The notes under the pieces: model-generated
What the model saw: the letters and a program-made list of their open reading frames with translations, nothing else
Database searches by the model: none
What the model was told of the DNA's origin: nothing
Program-made: the position numbers and the translations under genes
Source: Acidimicrobiia bacterium
GTDB lineage: Bacteria; Actinomycetota; Acidimicrobiia; IMCC26256; JACPCJ01
Assembly (NCBI GenBank): GCA_035293045.1
Contig: DATDOY010000034.1
Span: 4,006-68,005, forward strand
Reading direction: 5' to 3'
DNA: 64,000 nt
Part shown: positions 9,589 to 22,073 of the stretch, one piece after another
How positions within the stretch are numbered: the first letter of the stretch is position 1
Layout of the letters: the number at the start of each line of letters is the position of its first letter

Positions 9589-10275
9589 CTACGCCGGCAG
9601 GCCGTAGACGCCGCGGGCCTGGTCTCGCACGATCATTCCCCGGTCGAGCTCGATCACCCGCCGGCGCATCGTGTTGACGATGCCCTCGTCGTGCGTGGCC
9701 ATGACGACCGTCGTGCCGGTCCGGTTGATGCGATCGAGAAGACGCATGATGCCTTCGGCGGTCGCCGGGTCGAGGTTTCCGGTGGGCTCGTCGGCCAGCA
9801 GGATGAGCGGGCGGTTGACGAACGCCCGGGCGATCGACACACGCTGTTGTTCGCCGCCCGACAGCTCGTACTCGAAGCGCTCGCCCTTCTCGGCGAGCCC
9901 CACAAGCTCGAGAATCTGGGGCACCTGGGATTCGATGACGTGACGGGGGCGCCCGATCACCTCGAGGGCGAAGGCAACGTTCTCGTAGACCGTCTTGCCG
10001 GCGAGGAGTTTGAAGTCCTGGAAGATGGTGCCGATGTTGCGCCGAAGGTAGGGGACCTTCCACGACGACATGCGGGCGACGTCACGGCCGGCCACGAGAA
10101 TGCGCCCCGTGTCCGGGAGTTCCTCGCGAAGCAACAGGCGCAGGAAGGTCGACTTCCCCGAGCCCGACGGCCCGACCAGGAAGACGAATTCGCCCTTTTT
10201 CATCTCGACGCTCACGTCGCGCAGAGCGACGACATCGCCCTTGTAGGACTTGGTGACGTGTTCGAGCGTGATCAT
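9589..10275 (-). CDS. ftsE: Cell division ATP-binding protein FtsE
   Basis: 228 aa with Walker [13 protein letters not shown] signature LSGGEQQR and Walker [14 protein letters not shown]. Confidence 0.93.
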   Translation of the reverse strand: MITLEHVTKSYKGDVVALRDVSVEMKKGEFVFLVGPSGSGKSTFLRLLLREELPDTGRILVAGRDVARMSSWKVPYLRRNIGTIFQDFKLLAGKTVYENVAFALEVIGRPRHVIESQVPQILELVGLAEKGERFEYELSGGEQQRVSIARAFVNRPLILLADEPTGNLDPATAEGIMRLLDRINRTGTTVVMATHDEGIVNTMRRRVIELDRGMIVRDQARGVYGLPA

Positions 10276-10492
10276 CGGTTGGGCAGCATGGGTTCCTGGA
10301 CGCGGTTCACCCTCAGAGATGGTGCGGAGCGGTCAGGGTACCAAGCGTGACCCCTGAATCGGGGGACGGGACCGCCGCTCCCGAAGTCGGGACGGCTCCC
10401 CGCAGCATGACGAGGAGCCGCGACCCCGCGGGGAGCGGCGAGCGAGCGCGAGGAGAGCCGGCCCGGCGTAGGGAGAGCGCCACAGCCGCGGG

Positions 10493-11599
10493 TTACGAGG
10501 TCGCTCGGCGCCACTGAAGGTAGGCCTCGATGAAGCCGTCGATGTCGCCTTCGAGGACGGCGTCGACGTTGCCGGTCTCGTGGTCCGTCCGCAGGTCCTT
10601 CACCAGCCGATAGGGGGCGAGCACATACGAACGGATCTGGCTCCCCCACTCCACGCTCTGCTTGTCGCCCGAGATCTCGGCGAGGTTCTTGGCCCGCTCC
10701 TCACGCTGGCGGTCGGCGAGGCGAGCGGCGAGGATCCGCATGGCCCGGTCACGATTTTGGTGCTGCGAACGTTCGGCCTGGCAGGCCACCACGATCCCCG
10801 TCGGCAGGTGCGTGATGCGCACGGCGGAGTCGGTCACGTTGACGTGCTGGCCCCCGGCGCCCGACGAGCGATACGTGTCGATGCGCAGATCCCCCACGTC
10901 GATCTCGACGGTGTCGTCGTCGTCCTCCTCGATGGCGGGAATCACGTCGAACGCCGAGAAGGCCGTGTGTCGGCGCGACTGCGAGTCGAACGGCGAGATC
11001 CGCACGAGCCGGTGCACGCCCCGCTCGGCTTGCAACATGCCGTACGCGTGCCGTCCCTTCACCGTGAACGTGGCCGAGGAGATCCCGGCTTCGTCACCCT
11101 CGGTCACGTCATCGACCTCGACCCCGAAGCCCCGGCGCTCCGCCCACCGTAGGTACATGCGCAGGAGCATGTCGGTCCAGTCCTGCGCGTCCGTACCCCC
11201 AGCGCCAGAGTTGACCGAGCAGATGGCGTCGCGCTCGTCATATTCGCCAGTGAACAGCGCCCGGAGCTCGAGGTCGGCGAGCTCGCGCTGGAGGCCGGCG
11301 ATGGCCTGGGCCACTTCCCCTTCCACCGAGTCGTCGGACTCCTCGCGCCCGAGTTGAAACAGCGTCTCGGCGTCGGAGAGGCGGCCGCTCAGGCGGTCGA
11401 ACAGGTCGACGTCGTCGCGCACCCGCGCCAACTCGGTCGTCACCTTGCGGGCTTCGTCGGGATGGTCCCACAGGTCGGCCCGGCTGGCCTCCTGCTCGAG
11501 CTCGACGAAACGAGCGCGCGCGTCGGCGATGCGTAGGTAGGTCTCGGCGTCGGAGACGCGCTTCGCGAGATCGGCGAGTTCGCCGGAGAAATCCTTCAC
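10493..11599 (-). CDS. prfB: Peptide chain release factor 2
   Basis: 368 aa from GTG 11599. Carries the SPF tripeptide (RISPFDSQ) and the GGQ motif (SSGAGGQHVN). It is a contiguous ORF with no internal in-frame stop. Confidence 0.93.
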   Translation of the reverse strand: MKDFSGELADLAKRVSDAETYLRIADARARFVELEQEASRADLWDHPDEARKVTTELARVRDDVDLFDRLSGRLSDAETLFQLGREESDDSVEGEVAQAIAGLQRELADLELRALFTGEYDERDAICSVNSGAGGTDAQDWTDMLLRMYLRWAERRGFGVEVDDVTEGDEAGISSATFTVKGRHAYGMLQAERGVHRLVRISPFDSQSRRHTAFSAFDVIPAIEEDDDDTVEIDVGDLRIDTYRSSGAGGQHVNVTDSAVRITHLPTGIVVACQAERSQHQNRDRAMRILAARLADRQREERAKNLAEISGDKQSVEWGSQIRSYVLAPYRLVKDLRTDHETGNVDAVLEGDIDGFIEAYLQWRRATS

Positions 11600-11604
11600 G
11601 CGCG

Positions 11605-14343
<2,739 letters not shown>

Positions 14344-14373
14344 GAGCGGCTCAGTGTACGAGACTCCCGCACC

Positions 14374-15846
14374 GTGACCGCCTTCAGCACGGCTCGCGTC
14401 GCCCGCCGGGTTCGAGCCGCCCACCCCTCCTGGTTCGTCCTCGTGGCGATGGCGGTGTTCTGGGCGGTCCTCTTCGGGGTTCTCGTCTGGCGGCGCCACG
14501 ATCGCTTCGGCTCGTTCGGCTTCGACATGGGCATCTTCGACCAGGCCGTGTGGCTGGCCGCGCGGGGAAAGTCGTTCATCACCGTGCGGGGCCTCGACCT
14601 CTTCGGCCACCACGCGAACGTGGCCTTCTACTTCCTGGCGCCGTTCTCGTGGATGGGAGCCGGCCCGCACTTCCTCAACCTCCTGCAGGTGGCCGGGCTC
14701 GCGGCGTGCGCTCTGCCCCTCTACCTCCTCGGCCGCCACCGGAACCTCTCGCCCTGGGTCGCCCTCGTTCCCGCGGCGGCGTTCCTCGCTCACCCCTCGA
14801 CGGGGTTCCTCGCGTGGGAGTTGTTCCACCCCGAGACGGTCGCCGTCCCGTTCCTGCTCGGTGCCTACCTGGCCGCCGCAAAGCAGGAGTGGCGCTGGTT
14901 CGCGGTGTTGCTCGTCGTCGCCGTGATGTGGAAAGAGGACGTCGCCCTCGCCGCCTTCTTCCTCGGGCTCCTGCTCCTCGCCCGCGGCGAGCGCAAGGTC
15001 GCCCTCTGGACGATGGTGCTGTCCCTGGCCTGGTTCCTCTTCGTCAACCGGTTTCTGCTCGGCGCGGTCAACGGAGCCGGCGCGTTCTACGACGAGTTCT
15101 TCGGTGACCTCGGCGGGTCGCCGTTTGACATCGCCCACACCGCCGCGTCCGACCCGACGCGGATCGTCCGCAAGTTCGGCACCGATGACGCGCGCGGTTA
15201 CCTCTGGCAGATGGTGAGTCCCTTCGGCATGCTCCCGCTGCTCTCGCCGCTCGTGGTGTTGATCGGTTTCCCCACGGCGCTCGGCAACATCCTCTCGGTG
15301 AACTCGTTCACCCGCGACATCACCTTCCATTACTCCGCGCTGCCCCTCGCCGCCCTCGCGCTCGGCGCGGTCGAGACGCTCGCGTGGTTCCGGAACCGCC
15401 TCGCACGCCCCTGGGTCACGTCGACGCTCGCGGGCGTGATGCTCGTCACCGCCCTGATGGGCGCCAAGGATTGGGGCGTCTCGCCCTGGGGAGACGAGTA
15501 CCGCCTCCGCGGCTGGTGGCCCGGGACCGGCGACCCCGCCATCGACACCAAGCGCTTCGCGGTGACGCTGATCCCCGATGGCGACGCCGTGAGCGCCACG
15601 TACTCGTTTGTCCCCCACCTCTCCCACCGCGACCTCATCTACGAGTTCCCCAACCCGTACGGAGAGCGGAACTGGGGGATCCGCGGCGAAAAGCGCCACG
15701 ATCCGTCGAAGGTGCGATGGCTCATCGCCGACTACAGGATCATGGGCGCCGAGGACCGGGCGGTCTTCGACTCGGCGATCGACGACTACGAATTCGAGAT
15801 CGTCCTCGAGCGCGACGGGATCGTCGTCGCACGTCGCACCGGCTGA
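14374..15846 (+). CDS. DUF2079-type polytopic membrane protein
   Basis: This is the 3' third of the 1410-aa ORF 11614..15846. It contains [42 protein letters not shown], as seen in DUF2079 proteins. Start candidates are GTG 14374, GTG 14443 and ATG 14449. Confidence 0.7.
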   Translation: MTAFSTARVARRVRAAHPSWFVLVAMAVFWAVLFGVLVWRRHDRFGSFGFDMGIFDQAVWLAARGKSFITVRGLDLFGHHANVAFYFLAPFSWMGAGPHFLNLLQVAGLAACALPLYLLGRHRNLSPWVALVPAAAFLAHPSTGFLAWELFHPETVAVPFLLGAYLAAAKQEWRWFAVLLVVAVMWKEDVALAAFFLGLLLLARGERKVALWTMVLSLAWFLFVNRFLLGAVNGAGAFYDEFFGDLGGSPFDIAHTAASDPTRIVRKFGTDDARGYLWQMVSPFGMLPLLSPLVVLIGFPTALGNILSVNSFTRDITFHYSALPLAALALGAVETLAWFRNRLARPWVTSTLAGVMLVTALMGAKDWGVSPWGDEYRLRGWWPGTGDPAIDTKRFAVTLIPDGDAVSATYSFVPHLSHRDLIYEFPNPYGERNWGIRGEKRHDPSKVRWLIADYRIMGAEDRAVFDSAIDDYEFEIVLERDGIVVARRTG

Positions 15847-15849
15847 GGC

Positions 15850-16551
15850 TTACTGGTCCTTGGCCGGGTCGTCGATGAGGTTCTCGCGCATCGCGTAGAG
15901 CACGGCCTCCATACGCGAGTGCACGTGCAGCTTCTCGAGCATGTTGCGCACGTGGTTTTTCACCGTGTTCTCGGAGATGTAGAGCTTGTCGGCGATCTTG
16001 CGGTTGGAGAGTCCCTGCGCGACGAGCTGGAGGACCTCGAGTTCGCGCTCGGTCAACTTCGGCGCGTGGGGACTCGAGCGGTCGTCGGCCTGCTTCGAGA
16101 GCACGTTGAACTCCTGCAGCAGCTTTGACGCCATCGACGGGGAGATGAGGCTCTGGCCCTGGGTGACGGCCCGGATGGCGTCCGCCACCTCTTCGATGGA
16201 GATCTCCTTGAGGAGGTACCCGTTGGCCCCCGCCTTGACCGCCTCGTAGAGGTCCTCCTCCTCGTCGGAGACCGTGAGCATGAGGATCTTCGCCGATGGG
16301 ACGGACTCACGAACGCGGGCTGCCGCCTCGATGCCGGAGAGGCGCGGCATCCGGACGTCCATCAGGACGACGTCGGGCGTGAGCTGCATGGCTTTTTCGA
16401 CCGCCTCGACGCCGTCTTCGGCTTCGGCCACCACCTCGATTCCCGATTCGGTGTCGAGGATCATGTTGAGGCCGCGCCGGAACAGCGCGTGGTCGTCGCA
16501 CACCAACACCCGAATGGTGTCGCCGATGGGTCCGTGCTCGTGATCGCTCAC
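15850..16551 (-). CDS. NarL/FixJ (LuxR-type HTH) response regulator
   Basis: 233 aa. The receiver domain has the acidic pocket VCDDH and the phospho-acceptor context VVLMDVRMP. The C-terminal LuxR HTH reads LTERELEVLQLVAQGLSNRKIADKLYISENTVKNHV. Confidence 0.9.
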   Translation of the reverse strand: MSDHEHGPIGDTIRVLVCDDHALFRRGLNMILDTESGIEVVAEAEDGVEAVEKAMQLTPDVVLMDVRMPRLSGIEAAARVRESVPSAKILMLTVSDEEEDLYEAVKAGANGYLLKEISIEEVADAIRAVTQGQSLISPSMASKLLQEFNVLSKQADDRSSPHAPKLTERELEVLQLVAQGLSNRKIADKLYISENTVKNHVRNMLEKLHVHSRMEAVLYAMRENLIDDPAKDQ

Positions 16552-16572
16552 CGTGCTCCCGCATCCTCCCGG

Positions 16573-17154
16573 TCAACCGGGCATTTCCACCAGACCGTAG
16601 TCGGCTCCGCGGTGTCGGTAGACGACCGCCGCTCGACCACTCTCGGCATTGTGGAACAGGAGGAACGGAGTCCCGAGCAATTCGAGCTGCATCGCCGCCT
16701 CGACGGGCGTCATCGGTTTGGCGTCGACCTCGGTCCGATCGACGATGGACGGGAGACGCTCTCGCACGCCGGAGGAGACGACAGGAGCGCCGCCATTGGC
16801 CGAAGCGCCGTTGGCGCCGGCCTCGGACAGCCCGCCGCTTCGGCGGCCCAGGCGTCGCTTGACGCGCTTGTCCTTGAGCCGCACGACCTGACGTTCGACC
16901 TTGTCGGCGGCCCGGTCGATCGCTCCGAGCGGGTCGGCGGCCGATCCCTCGACCTTCAGGCGATGGCCCTTCAGGTGGGCGACGATCTCGCAGTGGTACT
17001 TGTCGGCGATCCGAGGGTTCTTCTCCTCGACGAACCCGATCTCGATCCAACCAGACTCGTCAAGGAAGGCGTCGAGCTTCGCAAGCTTGCGCTCGGCCGC
17101 CTCGAGAAGATCGGCCGACAGCTCCATGTTCTTGCGATGGACCCGGATGTCCAG
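16573..17154 (-). CDS. hpf: Long-form ribosome hibernation promoting factor (HPF)
   Basis: LDIRVHRKNMELSADLLEAAERKLAKLDAF... matches the HPF/RaiA N-domain. The C-terminal dimerisation domain reads KPMTPVEAAMQLELLGTPFLLFHN. The start is uncertain: CTG 17154 is favoured by SD spacing, and the first ATG is at 17127. Confidence 0.8.
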   Translation of the reverse strand: MDIRVHRKNMELSADLLEAAERKLAKLDAFLDESGWIEIGFVEEKNPRIADKYHCEIVAHLKGHRLKVEGSAADPLGAIDRAADKVERQVVRLKDKRVKRRLGRRSGGLSEAGANGASANGGAPVVSSGVRERLPSIVDRTEVDAKPMTPVEAAMQLELLGTPFLLFHNAESGRAAVVYRHRGADYGLVEMPG

Positions 17155-17252
17155 GACACTCTCCCGTCGGTGAATCGGGTGTCTCGCGACTGGGTGTCGA
17201 ACCCGAGTATATGGCGGCATCGCGAGGCCGCCACCAGGTCGTGCGACCCGCG

Positions 17253-17447
17253 CTAGCGGCGGAAGCCGAAGTGCGGAAGAAGGGCCACGACGAGGCTCTC
17301 GACGACGCCCTCGATCGGGGGGCGATACGTGCCGTTGCGGACCTCGGCGCCGATCTGGCGGATGCGCGCCTGGCGATCGGACAAGTCGGGCGGGGATGTC
17401 ACGGCGGGTCCTCCGGGTGCGGGTGCGTTGGTGGGCATGTGGTTCAT
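17253..17447 (-). CDS. Small protein (64 aa) with a FlgM-like C-terminal motif
   Basis: The ATG at 17447 overlaps the comF stop as ATGA. An SD GGGAGA lies 7 nt upstream. The C-terminus RQARIRQIGAEVRNGTYRPPIEGVVESLV resembles the anti-sigma-28 FlgM signature (..I..G.Y.vd...). This is part of listed ORF 17253..17615. Confidence 0.5.
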   Translation of the reverse strand: MNHMPTNAPAPGGPAVTSPPDLSDRQARIRQIGAEVRNGTYRPPIEGVVESLVVALLPHFGFRR

Positions 17448-18091
17448 GGTGGCGTCTCCCGTAGAGGACTCTCGGAGCCGACCGCAGGGCCCTTGAGCAA
17501 GGTGCGGGCCACGACGACACCGATGACCCTTTCGCACCCTTGCAGCCTGAGTGCTCCGGCAGCGTTGCGCAGAGTGGCGCCGGTCGTGGCTACGTCGTCC
17601 ACAATGATCACGCACCGTGGGACCACGCCTCCCGCAACCAGCGCGGGGCCGCGGAGCCGGTCAGCGCGGGCCCGGCGCGTCTGGGCCCCGTTGTCGACCC
17701 GCCGCAGGAGGCGGCGGGCGGCGACGCCCCGGCGCCGCGCCAGCCCTCGGGCGAGGAGCTCGGCGTGTTCGAAGCCGAAGCCCCGGTGCCGCTCCCGTGA
17801 CGCCGGCACCCAGGTCACCGCGCCGGCGTCGACCTCGGGAGGCAGGACCCCATCGACGAGGTCGACGAGAAGGCCAGCGGCCGTCCGGGCGTTGCGGTAC
17901 TTGAGGCGGGCGACGAGCTCGCGGGCCGCGCCGTCGTAGACGACCGCTGCGTGCACGGCGTCGAGGCCAGGCGGGGGCGGCATGGGCGGAGCAACGCGAA
18001 GCCCGAGCCGGCACCCGGCGCAGAGGCCCCCTTCCGTGCCCGCTCCGCACGCGACGCACCGACCCGGAAACAACCACTCAGCCACACCCAT
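17444..18091 (-). CDS. comF: ComF family phosphoribosyltransferase-like protein
   Basis: 215 aa with an N-terminal Cys cluster (CVACGAG...CAGC) and the PRTase motif VIIVDDVATTGATL. Confidence 0.85.
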   Translation of the reverse strand: MGVAEWLFPGRCVACGAGTEGGLCAGCRLGLRVAPPMPPPPGLDAVHAAVVYDGAARELVARLKYRNARTAAGLLVDLVDGVLPPEVDAGAVTWVPASRERHRGFGFEHAELLARGLARRRGVAARRLLRRVDNGAQTRRARADRLRGPALVAGGVVPRCVIIVDDVATTGATLRNAAGALRLQGCERVIGVVVARTLLKGPAVGSESPLRETPP

Positions 18092-18138
18092 GCCGCGAGC
18101 ATGACGCCCGCGTGTGACATTTCCTTGCCCCTGGGGAG

Positions 18139-20469
<2,331 letters not shown>

Positions 20470-20473
<4 letters not shown>

Positions 20474-20712
20474 GCGGCAGGATCGAACGTGGGGCTGATG
20501 CCCTCCGACGCCGCGCGGGCGACGACCCCGGCCGCCGCCGCCTCGTCGAGCGTCTCCGCTTCGTCGATCAGCATGACGGGGATGTCGTCGCGCACCTCAT
20601 AGCGCCGCCGACACTCGGGGCAGAACAAAAAGCCGTCCGCTTCGAAGTAGAACAGCGGCCCCTTGTCGTCCGGGCAGGCGAGGATCTCCAGCAGTTTCGG
20701 GTCGAGTGCCAT
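20470..20712 (-). CDS. Trm112 family zinc-ribbon protein
   Basis: 80 aa: LLEILACPDDKGPLFYFEADGFLFCPECRRRYEVRDDIPVMLIDEAE, the classic Trm112/YcaR pattern. Confidence 0.85.
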
Positions 20713-20716
20713 GCCC

Positions 20717-22069
20717 TCAGCCTCGCACGATCTCGAGCACTTCCGCCGTTCGCGCCTCGCATGCCGCCGGGTCGGGCGCCTCGAGGTTCAGCCGCAGGAG
20801 CGGCTCCGTGTTGCTCGGCCGCAGGTTGAACCACCACTCCCCGAGGTCGACCGTGAGCCCGTCGAGACGGTCAGACTCGGCGGCGGCGACGGCGGCGAAA
20901 TGCTCGGCGACCCGCTCGATCACGGCGAGTGGGCTCGCCACCTCGGTGTTGATCTCGCCCGACTGCGCGTAGCGCTCGAACGAGCGCCGGGCCTCGGCCA
21001 ATGGGAGCCCGCTGACGCTGAGCTGCTCGAGCATGAGCACGGCCGCGATCAACCCGGAGTCGGCGCGCCAGTTGTCGCGGAAGTAGTAGTGGGCCGAATG
21101 CTCGCCGCCGAAGACCGCGTCGGTCTCGGCCATCACCTGCTTGATGAACGAGTGCCCGACCCGGCTCCGGATGGGCTCGCCGCCGTGTTCCCGGATCACT
21201 TCAGGGACGGCCTTCGAACAGATCAGGTTGTGGACGACGCCGGCCCGGCCGTCGGCCGGCTGTTTGTCGAGAATCCCCGCTGCGAGCATCGCCGTCGTCG
21301 TCGACCCCGATACCGGCTCGGCCTGGTCGTCCACGAGGAAGACGCGGTCGGCGTCGCCATCGAATGCGAGCCCAACGTCGGCGCCGGCGTCCCGAACCGC
21401 GGCCTGGAGGTCCTTGAGGTTGTCGAGGTTGAGCGGGTCGGCGGGATGGTTCGGGAACGTCCCGTCGAGTTCTGGGTACAACACGGTCAGGTTGACCGCG
21501 AGACCGGCGAAGACTTCCGGCACGACGAGGCCGCCCATTCCGTTGGCGGTATCGGCGATGACCGTGAGCGGCGACAGCGCGTCGACGTCGATGAACGAAC
21601 GCACATGCTCGGCGAACTCCGCGAGCGCCGGGCGCTCCTCGAGCCTTCCCCGCTCGGCGGACTTCTCGTAGACGCCCGATTCGACGCGCGCTCGAATCTC
21701 GGCGAGGCCGGTCTCCTCGCCAACCGGAGCGGCGCCGGCACGACAGAACTTCATGCCGTTGTACTGCGCAGGGTTGTGGCTCGCTGTGAACATGACCCCG
21801 GGGAGATCATGGCGGCCCGACGCGAAATACAGCATGTCCGTCGACGCCAGACCGATGTCGACGATGCCGCACCCGGCGTCGTTGGCGCCTTCGACGAAAG
21901 CGGCGGCGAGCGGCTCTGACGACGGACGCATGTCGCGTCCGAGCACGATCGCTCGGGCGCCGGTGAACGCGGCGAAGGCGTTCCCGACGAGGCGGGCCAG
22001 CTCCTCGTCGAGTTGGTCGGGGTAGATCCCGCGCACGTCGTACGCCTTGAACACCGCTTCGAGGTTCAC
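20717..22069 (-). CDS. manB: Phosphomannomutase/phosphoglucomutase
   Basis: Start trimmed to GTG 22069 (VVNLEAVFKAYDVRGIYPDQL). Catalytic loop TASHNPAQYNGMK and metal site FDGDADR are present. Confidence 0.9.
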   Translation of the reverse strand: MNLEAVFKAYDVRGIYPDQLDEELARLVGNAFAAFTGARAIVLGRDMRPSSEPLAAAFVEGANDAGCGIVDIGLASTDMLYFASGRHDLPGVMFTASHNPAQYNGMKFCRAGAAPVGEETGLAEIRARVESGVYEKSAERGRLEERPALAEFAEHVRSFIDVDALSPLTVIADTANGMGGLVVPEVFAGLAVNLTVLYPELDGTFPNHPADPLNLDNLKDLQAAVRDAGADVGLAFDGDADRVFLVDDQAEPVSGSTTTAMLAAGILDKQPADGRAGVVHNLICSKAVPEVIREHGGEPIRSRVGHSFIKQVMAETDAVFGGEHSAHYYFRDNWRADSGLIAAVLMLEQLSVSGLPLAEARRSFERYAQSGEINTEVASPLAVIERVAEHFAAVAAAESDRLDGLTVDLGEWWFNLRPSNTEPLLRLNLEAPDPAACEARTAEVLEIVRG

Positions 22070-22073
22070 GACC

